The notes under the pieces: model-generated
The model's input: only the letters and a program-made list of their open reading frames with translations
Databases searched by the model: none
Told to the model about the DNA's origin: nothing
Program-made: the position numbers and the translations under genes
Origin: Eledone cirrhosa
Taxonomy: Eukaryota
DNA length: 64,000 nt
Direction: 5' to 3'
Assembly: GCA_964016885.1 (NCBI GenBank)
Contig: OZ024743.1
Span: forward strand, 27,466,001 to 27,530,000
Part shown: one piece after another, positions 28,741-41,699 of the stretch
How the letters are laid out: every line of letters begins with the position of its first letter
How positions within the stretch are numbered: position 1 is the first letter of the stretch

Positions 28741-31339
28741 TAACAAAAGAATTCGATAATCTCTATCGTCACATCCTACAAACATAAGACTGTTCAATCT
28801 CTAGATATGTCTTAAGAAGAATATTTATGCTACCAACGCATCATATACAACACTCATCATTCCTTTAAGCATTTTAAGATTTTGCAAAATAAGAACCAAA
28901 ATTGTCACTCTGGAACTATCTAACTAGCCTAAAACAATATAACATAGTTGGACCCATGAAACCTTTGTGTGGTGATTTATAAAAAGGGCGAAATTGCCAG
29001 TTTTACGGCATAAGTATTTCTTCCAATTCTCTGTACATTAATTCCAAATCCCCAAACCCATGAGATCAACTTCTTTCATCTTTTAGGAGTCGTTAAATAA
29101 CGGAGCAGACAAGGGCTGGTGGAATGGTGGAATTGATAACATGTTGGCTAGGTTGTTTTGTGGTATATGATACGACTCTGTATTCTGAGTTCAAATGCCG
29201 CTCTCTTTTGTCTGAACTTACGACCAGCAAGTAGTATCAACATTGAAAAGACAAATGGAAACAATGTTTCCTCTGTCCGCACTGATGAGGCTTATTTTTA
29301 TGTAAACCGTTCAGAGTCCAAAATGAAATAGTTAGTACACGGATGTTAAAATTAATTGTTATCATTCTGATTTCCTCTTTATTGACACGTTATGTAGTTT
29401 TCAGACTACAAATTAAAACAGAAGTACAAATCTTTTTATTTCTATCACAAATCCAATTTTTGCCTTGGTTAGAAAAATGGAGTCTATAGCTGAATGAATG
29501 GAATATTAATAATATTAAAAGTACATATTTTTTATCGAGAAAGGGTTAAAAGTATAACATCGATTTTGGACCGTTTAACAATAAGGCTTCTGATTATGTC
29601 CTTAAACTGATATCAAAATAATGTTTGGTTTATTTGCATTTTTGTATTGATAAAGACGCGATTTATATAACTTTTGTGGTTCCAAAAGATTGAAATAAAG
29701 ATTTCACCCTCAAGTTGTTGAGGTAATGATATATATCTTAGTAATCAATATTTACCACCCAACATATCCCATTAAAGGAAATACTTGAATTCAAACTAGC
29801 TACGCTATCTATGGTGCTATAAAAAAATTAATACATACATACGTGCACACAAAGGCTCACACAGACATAAAAGCATACGCACATACACACACATTCATAC
29901 ACATATACATGTGCATATACAGACATTCCAACATTTATATCTAGAGAGAGAGAGGGAGAAAGAGAGAAAATTGTGAGGGTGAAAGCGTAAGGAGGAAAGA
30001 GAGCGAAATAGATGAGATGATGAGGGTAAAAGAGTGAGAGAGAGAAGAAAGGGGGAACTGTGAGGTTGTTCTTCCTATTGCTTAATAAAGTGTACATATG
30101 ATTGTATGTCGTCAAATGCTTTTTACTTATTGAGAAATATTTTAGATTCTATTTTATAGTTATTGCTATTATCGGTATCATTGATGTCTTATAGCGAGGA
30201 ATGGTGCCAAAAACCTTTGGGGCAAGGGGTTCAGTTGATTAAATCAACATTTGTACGTGACTGGTATTTTATTTTGTTTAACCCACCATCAGTGGGATTT
30301 GATCCCAGATCAAATACCACAAAACACCATATCAGATGCACTGACGATGCTACTATCAACCACCTTTGATGTAATTATTTACATCACTCGACGTTCACAT
30401 GATAAAGTCCGCCGTGGTCGTCGATAAAATACGGTGTCAGTGAAACATTGATATTCTATAATAATCAATCATAGTAAAATTGATCATGCTCTCCCCGCCA
30501 AAAGAAAACGAAAAAACAAAACAAAAACAAAATACAAAAGGAAATGTGCATATCTTCGAAATCAATATTAAAGATAATATTAAATTGACTGAAAATAACA
30601 GATTTTAAGAGCAGGTAGACCGTTGGACAAAATAATTATTTCGCGACATTTCCTATCCAGTCTAAGTAAGTTTTGCTTGCCATCAATACGGAATCGATAG
30701 CATCAGTATCAGTCAACTGAAGAGCTGTGGTCGATTTACTTGACTATACCCCCTTGCACTACAATTATTGGCTATGTGCCAAGGTTAGAAATCTATATTG
30801 TTATTATTGCAACCAATATATATTTTTTTGTCAGGCTCGTATTTTTATCGATTATCATTTTTGCTTATCTTTTTTTCCGTTAACCTTTTTTATTCGGATT
30901 TTCGAGTTTTTATCTATATAATTATTTATCTCCACACACACACACACACACACACAGACACACACACACACACTCTCTCTCTCTCTCTCTCTCACCCCCA
31001 CACCCCCACACACACACAGATAAATACATACAAACATATATACACCCATACATAATACATTCAAACACTCGTACATAAACACGGCCATTATTTACATATA
31101 AACACGCATACATAAATGCGTACATGTTTAAATATACATACATACATGCATACATACATGCATACATACATGCATACATACACGCATACATACCTACATA
31201 CCTACATACATACATAAGTATATACATACATAGGTTCTCCTCTATGGCTCTGATAATGGTGTCTGGGACGTTAGCAAGGCGAAGGGCACCTAAAATCCAA
31301 GAACAGAAAGGTTAGCCCTGAGAATTACGCATATATGCA

Positions 31340-31590
31340 TACATAATATGAAAGGGTACTATCCAGTCAAATCCCCAACAATATGAAAACATGACAGACC
31401 AGACAGTGATATTGGACAGAGAAAACGTATGCAGAGCAAAGGAAATTAACTGTCCAGCAGATGTTAATATAATGCTAAGGATTAGCGAAAAGGAGTAATT
31501 TTATGCTGAACTAATGAGGAATCTACAGATACACCACCCTGACTATACTTTTAGATTTGTGCCTGTGATCATTCGGGCTCTGGGATGAAA
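31340..31590 (+). mobile_element. Restriction-like endonuclease fragment of an R4/Dong-like non-LTR retrotransposon
   Basis: HDRPD (frameshift) ..EINCPADVNI..EKE*FYAELMRNLQ..FRFVPVIIRALG. Confidence 0.6.
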
Positions 31591-31905
31591 ATCAGCATGT
31601 AATATCTACATATACTCATTTATAGATAGAGAAACATATACACGCGTACATATATAACTTAAAATGTACAGCTCCACAAACACAATATGCCCCATACCTA
31701 AACACACACAAACATATTTACCTAGTTGATGTCTAAATTCCAACGAAAGAGTTTTGTTTCTATGTTGGCCAGAGAGAAAGGTGTCTGACCTCAGTCCTTT
31801 CAGACGCGTCCACCATACAACCTCTTTCGCCATGGCTATTACGCACAGAAACACCGCCTCTCCTTCGTTTTTGAAGAGGGGAGGCGGCTTGATCGTTACA
31901 ATAGA

Positions 31906-31945
<40 letters not shown>

Positions 31946-32372
31946 ATATCTATCTATCTATCTCATCCCCTCTCTTTCAATAGATGAACATTTATAAAAT
32001 AATAAAGCCAGGAAAACATACATTCATACATACATACATATATAAATACTACATTCATTTTCCACACTTTCTTGTAAAAACATTTATTTGAAATATTTAC
32101 TTATATTTTAAAATTATATAGTCTTTTTAAGAAAAATAAAGTGAAAATAAATAAACAAATCTTAATAATGTATACATAATATCGTTTCTAGGTGCTAAGA
32201 TTACTTTGCGGAACTTAAGTCCAATGAATGTGCGGTTATTAAAGAACAATTCCTTTACTTAATCCGTTCAAATCAAAGTTTTAATAACTCTAGTTTCTTT
32301 TTCATATAATTTCTATTACCATATCTTAGTTGAAATTGACTGACTAAATACCTCTCATTGTTTAGTCACATA

Positions 32373-32575
32373 AGGTGGATTGGCAGTACCGGTAAAGTGT
32401 CAGACACCATGCTTCGCAGCATAGAGTTATGTCCCTGAGTTCAAATCCCGCCGAGGTTAGCTTTGCTTTTCATCCTTATGAGGTAGATAAAGTAACGTAA
32501 CAGTCACGTAGAGGAGGCGGTTTAATCGACTTTCCACTCCCTCCAAATTGTTGGCCTTGTGTCTATCGGAGAACT
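32373..32575 (+). mobile_element. tRNA-derived Meta-like SINE
   Basis: Family consensus match. Confidence 0.75.
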
Positions 32576-34028
32576 CATCGTTTACTCACGTATTTTTACG
32601 TTCTGGGTTTCAACACTTATTGAATTGACTACTTAGTAGAAGTATCAGTAATATACGATGGCTGCATCTAGCACTTCCAACTCTTCCGTCATGCTTACAA
32701 ATCTGTGACATTTTAAGAATATTAGAAATCAATATATAGTAGGTTACTGTCCCTTTATTGTTATATTTCTAAATATTATTACCTATATACGTGTTCTGGC
32801 ACTCAACTTCTTTCTACTTTATTTTCATGTTTTTAAAAAATATAAGTTGAATTATCTTTACAAGGCATAATGCCAGTTTTTTCCCTATCGCAGATGGTGG
32901 TGCTAGATATAAAGATTTGATATATCAATCTAAAATATTGATTCATACCGTTACCACAAGTCACACATTTGCAAAGAAAGGATATGTTTATTAAATCGAC
33001 CATAACATGGTAGCATTTTTACTTCGAATGTAAAATGCATCTAAATTTTACACTATAGATTTTGCTATTCTACCGCTCTGACTCTAATTTAATATTATTG
33101 TATTAGTTTTTTCCATGTGAATAGAAACGTACACTTTGGGTTTCGAATGGCAAAACTGAATACTTCAATGCATTTAATTAGTTGAGGTAGTATTTCGGCT
33201 ATTTCTAATTGTATTATATTATAAGAAAATATTGATTTTATAGATGTACATATACACATGTCGGGTCAATTAACAGAACGGTAAGTTGGCCTAAAAGATT
33301 CGTAGACAGACATACTGATAGAAGATAACACTCATAGAAATATATAATCGTAGAAAGATAGATTATTCGAATGGCAAATTGATCGTATAAATAAATATTA
33401 GTTAAAGAAATATTAGATTAAAAAAAAAAAAAAAATTCAATCGTGTTATATTTTCAAGCAATAGAATGTAGGAATTGTTAATGCATAAATCTCCAATTTT
33501 ATTCGGGTTTGTGGAAATTATTTGCTGTAAACATAAACATTAAGTATTCACTTAAGAAAATCGTATATTTGAGATAGGTAAGCCGGCTGCTTAAGTATCA
33601 TTTAAGTTAGAGATTCTCAGAGTATGCGCTACCGCACCCCGGAGGCGATGAGAAGGTCCAGGGGGTACTGGAGCCTAAAGGGTTGCTAGAAATGATGTAA
33701 TAGTATATTAAATATCAAATAATACATATTATATATAAATATAGTAAAATAAAACATATGTATAATATTTATTTATACATGGTATATATTATATTTCGTT
33801 TCTGAATTTGTTTAGCAAGATTCAAACTTCGTGCGAAGAACTCAATTGGATATGAAAAAATAAAGATAGGTGTGTACTGTTTAAGGACACATAGAGATAT
33901 TTTCTCAGGCAAAATCACAGACATGATATATAGGAACAAACAACCAATGTTCATATAAAAAAAATAAACAAAGAGAATCATACCTTATATCGGGAAAGTT
34001 CATGTCTGGTGCTCCAAGAGTATAATCC

Positions 34029-34089
<61 letters not shown>

Positions 34090-34297
34090 CGTTTCTGAAT
34101 TTGTTTAGCAAGATTCTTTATCTGAAATCGTGTTGAAACCGATATTGTTATACTTTGGGAGGGTCATGTTGCCAATAAGAAACACACGCACCAGTTGCTT
34201 TCACTTCAATTTATTATAATACATTTATAAATTTAGGAATTTATAAATTTCTGGTTGGTTGGTTGGTTCCACAACCAGATAGTTGTTTATATATATT

Positions 34298-34340
34298 GTC
34301 AAAGGTCTTTCGTCACACATTCTGTGACCTCTTCAGTGAC
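34298..34340 (-). ncRNA. Minimal type I hammerhead ribozyme (family D)
   Basis: GTCA CTGAAGA G GTCACA gaatg TGTGAC GAAA GACC TT | TGAC. Confidence 0.7.
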
Positions 34341-34541
34341 TGGGGATTCTTTTCTTTGTTTTTGTGCCTCTCCTTTGTTCTGTCCTACGCCATTTTGTTT
34401 CTGTGTGTGTGTTGTGCGCTCAGTCTGCGCATGCGCCACATCCGGGTGTCTGTGTGTGTTTATATTTGTTTATTTATTTGTTTATTTACATGTTACCGGT
34501 TGGTTGTTTGTTCTATTTGTGTGTGTGTTTTCATTTTGTCC

Positions 34542-36252
34542 TTAATTGTAAGTTGTGATGTTGCTGTTCCACTCATATTTTCTATTTAATTTTGGTTGTA
34601 ATTCTTTTATGTTTATTGCCTCTGTGATTTGTCTAAACATTGCCACTTTTCTGTGTGTAGATTCTATTTTTATTTCTATGTTCTCTAATTTACCCTTATG
34701 TTCTATCTTAGCATGTTGGTAGAGTACAGATAATTCTTTACTATCTTGAAGGTCTCGCCAGTGTTCATTTATCCGTTCCCCTACACTACGAGCTGTCTCA
34801 CCTATGTACACTATATTTTTGTCTCTACATTGTCCTTCAGTACATCTTATGCTATACACTACATTTCTAGTTTTACAGTTAATATGGGGGCTTATTTTAC
34901 AGGTTATACATTTCTTATCTATACAGGGGGGTCTTTGGAAAGGGTATGTCTTGCTAATAAGTGTTTTTTACGGAGGTACCTGGTCTTTCTACTATCTTAA
35001 TATTGAGTTTATGTTTATCTAGGGCCCTTCTAAATTTATAAGCTAATTCACCTCTAGGGGTTGTATCGATGAACATTACACTCTGGTATTTATTGCTATC
35101 ATACCATGAGTTTATTCTATTAGCCTTATTCCTAGTTCTTTCTATTCTATTCCAAAATTTGCTCCTATACAAGGGGCAGGTCCCATTTGTGTCATTATTT
35201 GCCATTTCTTCCCATTTGGTTCTGGCTCCTCTATATACTCTGATTTTATCTCTCTGATTGTAACCAGAGAACTGCATGCGGTGGATGTAGTGCTGTATGT
35301 GTCTCTCTAGTTCTTGGAGGTTGCACATGCGGGACACGTTTCTCATCATCCGTACCAAATCCGCAATCAGTATGTTGATTTTGGTATGGTCCGGAACAGC
35401 CGAGTTTCGGTGGATCAGATGTTTGGAAGTCATGGGTTTGGCATAATGGGAATGGAGGATTTGTTTTTTGTTATTAATGGTATCTAACCAGAGCTCTGTG
35501 TCTAGTACAGGTAATCGATGGTTGGGGTGTTTACTTGGGTAGTCTATAGTAACTCTAATACTCTGGTGGATGGAGTTAGCTATTTGCTGAATGATTTCCA
35601 TTGTGTTTTTCTCTAGTTTCTGACTGTTCTCTAGTGGGGGTGTCTTAACTACGATGTTTATATCGTCAACGTAGCGGGAGTACATTATCAGGGTTAAGGG
35701 GTCTTCTAATTGTTCTTTAAGTTTAAGTTTAAGTCTACTGTCCCACCATACCATGAATAAGTTAGCTATGTCGCCTGCAATGCTAACACCAATGGCTGCT
35801 CCTTCCTCTTGGACATATGTTTTTCCATTAAATTTGAACATATGTTCCTTAAGGGTTAGTTTTATACTGGCCCCTACCGCATGTGCAATCATTTTCTTCA
35901 GTTCATCGTGGTTTTCGGGTGTCCGTATGGCTCTGGTCCACCCGTTCCATCTATCTGTGTGGGTTTTCTTGGCCATTGAGGTAATGGTAGGTGGTCTGCC
36001 TCTTGCTGGTCTTGTAGGGCACAGGTTGCTAAGGTCATATGTGTCTAGGTAATTATTACTATAGGTAAGTTTAAGTAGGAGTCCCAGCTCACTGGTATCA
36101 ATCCCAGGGAACTCAACATTGCTCTCACTGATCATTTCTACGCATTTCTCCACAGCAAAATCCACGTCAATAGATGGATACAGGGACACAACATCCATAC
36201 TACCTATTATGCAGTTTGTTAGGTCCCTAGATCGGTTACTCTCGCCGATTCT
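34542..36252 (-). pseudogene. PLE reverse transcriptase + GIY-YIG endonuclease ORF, 5'-truncated, with a single 1-bp frameshift
   Basis: GSMDVVSLYPSI, QEEGAAIG, RYVDD, LPVLD, HYAKPM. After the frameshift at 34964-34969: CIDKKCITC..NVVYSIRC..VYIGETARSVGERINEH. Confidence 0.92.
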
Positions 36253-36689
36253 GTAATGTTCATCGATACAACCCCTAGAGGTGAATTAGCTTACAAATTT
36301 AGAAGGGCCCTAGATAAACATAAACTCAATATTAAGGTAGTAGAAAGACCAGGTACCTCCATAAAAACACTTATTAGCAAGACATATCCTTGTTTAGACA
36401 AATCACAGAGGCAATAAACATAAAAGAATTACAACCAAAATTAAATAGAAAATATGAGTGGAACAGCAACATCACAACTTACAATTAAGGACAAAATGAA
36501 AACACACACACACATAGAACAAACAACCAACCGGTAACATGTAAATAAACAAATAAATAAACAAATATAAACACACACAGACACCCGGATGTGGCGCATG
36601 CGCAGACTGAGCACACAACACACACACAGAAACAAAATGGCGTAGGACAGAACAAAGGAGAGGCACAAAAACAAAGAAAAGAATCCCCA

Positions 36690-36732
36690 GTCACTGAAGA
36701 GGTCACATAATGTGTGACGAAAGAACTTTGAC
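36690..36732 (+). ncRNA. Minimal type I hammerhead ribozyme (family D)
   Basis: GTCA CTGAAGA G GTCACA taatg TGTGAC GAAA GAAC TT | TGAC. Confidence 0.7.
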
Positions 36733-38861
36733 AATATATATAAACAACTATCTGGTTGTGGAACCAACCAACCAACCAGAAATTTATAAATTCCTAAATT
36801 TATAAATTTATTATAATAAATTGAAGTGAAAGCAACTGGTGCGTGTGTTTCTTATTGGCAACATGACCCTCCCAAAGTATAACAACATATTATATTATTT
36901 ATTATTTATAGATTAACGATTTTATATTTCCAATATGCGTGTAGGCAGGTCTCCCTGGATATAGGGGTGAGGGTATCGAGGGTATTACGTAGCCGTGAGG
37001 GGGGCGGTGGTCCAAGAAGTTTGAGAACTTATGATTTAAGTGCTTGTCACCATTGATTTGTTGTGATCATAGGCTTATAATAAATAAATATTCTATGTAT
37101 TATCGAGGAGGGACATTACGATGAAATTGTGGAACGATGAACAAAAATATCTGTTACGTCTTATCAGATTTATTGGATCAAATCTCACCATTGTCAGTTG
37201 TGGGTTTATAAAGTAAGTACTAGCCACATTATTTGCTTGATGGAATCAACTGTACTTCGTTCGTAAAGTCTGTATATGTGCGCCTATAGAGAAACATTCA
37301 TTGTTTCTCTCTCCAGTAAATAAGCTATAATATTTAATGTATATTTTGCGTCGGACGCTATGCATAATGAACACACTTACATATACACCGGAAACATAAG
37401 CCAAAATTAAATTTTGATGCATTTCTTTTTACATTTATTTTCTTATACAAAATCAAATTGTGAAAATAGAATGAAAAAATATTTGATTTAAAGAATTATG
37501 TATTGTTTTTATCATAACAGAACAACAGGAGCAATATATTGATTTAAAAAAAAGTATTTGACATTGGGCTTGGGTGTTTATGAATATTTTGATGTATTTG
37601 ATATTGCCAGATATAATTTCGATGGCGGTGAATTTTTAGAACGTAGGATAGAGTGTTTGTGTTATTCGTTCTGGCTCTCTGCTCCCTGAGCTCAAATCCC
37701 ATCGAGGTCAACTTTGTCTTTCATCGCTTTGAGGTCGTTAAAAAAGTACCAGTCTAATACTGGTGTCGATTCTTGCTCTACATCTTCTTTCTTACTTCCT
37801 CTCTGTCACCTTCCGTCCTTCTCTGAAAGAAATCTCAGGTCTGGAAAGGGATGGGCTTCGCCAGGCTTAAAATGGCCGAGAAACGCTGTATACCACTACG
37901 GTGCCCACATAACGCCACAAAGAGTTACAGGACAAACGAGAGAGAGGGAGAGAGAAAGAATATAATTTCGACAAATTAGTTTTTCGCCTAATATGTCTAT
38001 CAATTTGCCATTCGATTAACGTTTTCGACGAATATATCCGAAGAACAGGGTTGTCGATATTCGTTTATTTCTTGCCACCCTACTCTAAGAAAACAGTTAG
38101 TGAGGTGTGGCTATAAACTATGTTGATTTTCCCATTTAGGTAATCTATTTATTAAAAGTGTTGGTTAATCGTTGATAGGTAGGCTATTCATCAAGATATT
38201 GATTTACTGAATACATTTTCTCATGGGAAATAAAGGCTCTGGAATGTATACCAAGCACCAGATTAGAGGATTGTGCATATATAACATTGTGACGTTCAAT
38301 AATTCTCCTGGTGTAAATAAATACTTGTGAATTACCTACAATAAGTGATTAAACAGAAATCGTTGGACACGCCTTTTTACCGTGAATTTGTACTATATAG
38401 TGAAACGTTGGCTTAGTTCTTTCAAAAAATCAGTACCTATCTTATCGGTCAGACTTGAAAACGTCAACGGACGCTTTAACTCTTTTAACAAATACTGTTT
38501 CCAGCTGAGCTTGTACGGGTTTATTTTGACGTTTACTTAAACGAAACCTTTTGTAAAAGGAATGAATGTAATCGATTAAATCAATTCTGATATAATACTG
38601 GCATTTATTTTCTTGAATCTGGAAGAAAGAAAGGGTTAAGTACAGAATCTGAAATAATCTTAGTGATGCTTAACTTCGGAAAACATTAGTGCATTGCAAA
38701 CGTTTGAGAAATTCATCTATATAGGAAAATGAAAGCGTAGCCTAAAGCTGGATTGTAGTTTATGCAAAACAAAATAACAACCCTCTCCCGGGAAAATCTA
38801 ACCTAAAAGTATATTTATTCCAGTGTTTTAGTTTCGTTCTATCGTGAAGTTATATTATAAT

Positions 38862-39045
38862 TGTTTCTACTTTTGGCACAAGTTCAGAAATTATCCTAGT
38901 GCATTGCTGGTACTTTATTTTATCGACCCTGTAAGGATGAAAGGCAAAGTTAAACTCGGCAGGATTTGAACTTAGACCATAAGGGGTCGTAACTCTTTGC
39001 TGCAAATCATGGCGCCAGACCCTTTACCGATACTGCCAATCCACC
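38862..39045 (-). mobile_element. tRNA-derived Meta-like SINE with a 16-bp TSD
   Basis: TSD GAAGTTATATTATAAT at 38846-38861 and 39046-39061. Confidence 0.88.
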
Positions 39046-39084
39046 GAAGTTATATTATAATGGGAGTTTATGTTATATCACAAA

Positions 39085-39290
39085 GGGCGGTAGATTGGCA
39101 GTATCCGTAAAGTGTCGCACAATATGCTGTGCAGCATAGAGTTACGGCCTTTACGGTCTGACTTCAAATCCCACTTTGTCTTTTGTCCTTTTGCGGTCGA
39201 TAAAATAGAGTACCAGTAATGTACTGAGGTTGATTCAATCGACTTTCCCATCCCCTAAATTGTTGGCCTTGTGGCTAAATCAGAAACTAT
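39085..39290 (+). mobile_element. tRNA-derived Meta-like SINE
   Basis: Family match; flanking duplication TATTATAATGGGAGTTTA at 39053-39070 and 39288-39305. Confidence 0.82.
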
Positions 39291-40365
39291 TATAATGGGA
39301 GTTTACAATATTTCCCTTGACATGGATGTTACTAACATAAAGAAATTGACTTTTAAATCGACAATAAAAATAGAACCCCAGTGATGGATAAAGGAAAGCT
39401 ATAACTTGATTATTGTTCTTTTAAGAAGCAACAAAACCTTCGCTTCATTTTATAATGCCTAATCTGACTTGTTAATTTTTAGGAAAATGAAGATAGAGCA
39501 ATATTTAAAAACATTCTTCTAGTTTATGTTAAGAGGAATAGTCTGCATGCTATAAAATCGTTTAACTTTTTCAGACTGTAATCAATAATATAGACGTGTG
39601 TTTATTAACTTCCAGTTTACAGACTCCAAAAGATTTCTGGAGATATAATACATGAGCTTTTCGACTACTCGGAGATCAATTATTCTTATCGCTGTGGTGT
39701 ATAATATCAAACCAAGGACGTGACCATTTTCAATTCCAGCATATGAAGACGCTTCCATGTCACGTATGAATTATTTCCTGTCATATGATATGGTAAAGCC
39801 ATTTCTGTACGGTCCCAATTAATTTCATTAAATAACACTCCAAACGAAAAATTTCAAGTAATGGAAAATTTAAATATTTAATACTAAAATATCACGTTCT
39901 TATTCATTTATTTATGTATTTATTTATTTGTTAGAATACTTATTTCTTATATTTATTTTAATTCTCATTCAACAACTAGTAAGGCTTGTTGGGGGGCACG
40001 ATGACATCAAAATACATTATTCTTCCTTTCCTTTTGAAAGGAATGTCACGTCTTCACAATTTATTGTATGGATGTTATTGCAGTGACTCTGTTTATATTG
40101 TTAATATTTATTCGTGGTGTCACGAACGTATTTTTTATTACTATTTGCTAAACAAAAGACATTTGATAAAAACAAACTACAATATTTATAGCACTTTATA
40201 TTTCCATAACTATTTGTGGTACATACAAACACGCCCTCCATACCCCCATGGAAGTTCAATCTTTTACACATTATTTTTTCTCGAACTTTCTACCGTTTAA
40301 TTAAGTTTTGTTTCTATGAAAAGATAGATATATACGCCCGACATACACACTAAATGCACACACGT

Positions 40366-40462
40366 ACATACATACATACATACATACATACATACATACA
40401 TACATACATACATACATACATACATACATACATACATACATACATACATACATACATACATA
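40366..40462. repeat. (TACA)n tetranucleotide repeat (another at ~41061-41151)
   Basis: Directly visible. Confidence 0.9.
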
Positions 40463-41699
40463 CACAATGGCTGCCACCTCGCTATCGAGTATGGCTATTG
40501 ACGATACGCCATTATTAATAATTATTAATTAATTCTATCGTGCAATGCCTGTGCGTGAAGATTTTTTTAAAGTGTGGAAAGACTGTGCACTGAGCCAATC
40601 CCACTCTCTGAGCGACAGTAGTTATAACCTGAAAAGAAGAAAGATCAACATCATCGGTAACTACTGAGCCGCAGGTTCTAGGTCGGAGTTATCCCAGTTT
40701 CCTGAGTTGCCTTCTCCTAGAAGAATGCTCTGACAAAGGCTAGCGGTCCTCCACTCCCAGTGGTTTAACCGCGCGATTGGGTAGTCAGCATGATTACATA
40801 CATATATACATACATAATGTCTGCGAATCGATTTTGAGTAATGCCATCGCTTGATAATTAAGCATGAGCATCACGGACGTGGCTTTTTAGTCCTGCTAGG
40901 GACTTGCCTATGACCAGCAATACGATGCATCGCAAAAAATGTCACATATCACATTTGCCCAGAAAGAAGAACTGGTCTACATCATTGGATGCAAACTAAG
41001 TCGCAGGTTTTATATCAGAGTGACATTCTCCTAGAGAGATGTCTTAATGAGGACACACATGCATACATACATACATACATACATACATACATACATACAT
41101 ACATACATACATACATACATACATACATACATACATACATACATACATACATGATTATTACATATTGTCAGATAATAGCCCTCTCAATATCATCTCAATC
41201 CCTCCAACAAGTTTACACCCTCCCATGTGCACGGAGGGGACTTTTCCAGCAACTGATTTACAAGGACTTTCGCACCAGTAACAAGTGTATGTGCTGAGTT
41301 TATTGGATCAAAATGTGGGAATTCATGTTGAACCTTCATATGACGTTTTAAACCAGAGGTTGTCACACATATTTCGCTTTAAATTTGATACCTAGTCGCA
41401 TTTTGAGGTGCAGAAAGATTTGCAAGACAATCTACCTGTGTCATGTTGAGGTGCAGGAAGATTTGCAATATAATCTACCTGTGTCATTGTTAGGACAGGC
41501 ATTAAAAAAAAAATGAAAACGGGGTTAGAGAGAAGGACACGGCGACAGAAATTGTAATTCCAATAATTAACATTTCCAAACCCTACCATCTCACTGGTTC
41601 TTAGTGCTCGTTTTAGCTCTGCTTTTGATTTTTTCATTCCTTCGAAAAGTTGATACCCTGATTTCATTGTCTCTCTCTATGTATTATGACTAAGAGCCT

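Larger units (their letters stand above)
34087..36886 (-). mobile_element. Penelope-like retroelement, family D: 5'-truncated copy (34087-36252, -) with an inverted, internally deleted 3' copy (36253-36886, +)
   Basis: RT + C-terminal GIY-YIG, HHR-containing pseudo-LTR, inverted terminal structure, adjacent to (TA)n. Confidence 0.92.
33608..37033. mobile_element. Small hAT-type MITE split by a ~3.1-kb PLE insertion
   Basis: Degenerate TIRs (TAGAGATTCTCAGAGT and AGTTTGAGAACTTATG) with a perfect 8-bp TSD ATTTAAGT at 33600-33607 and 37034-37041. Confidence 0.55.

Noticed and set aside
34542-36252. Programmed frameshift or selenocysteine recoding in the PLE ORF
   Set aside because: No in-frame TGA series, and the inverted copy has the frame-restoring A5, so it is a simple homopolymer indel.
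40480-40770. Segment resembling an RTE 5' UTR that might hold an HDV-like ribozyme
   Set aside because: Too decayed to trace the nested double pseudoknot.
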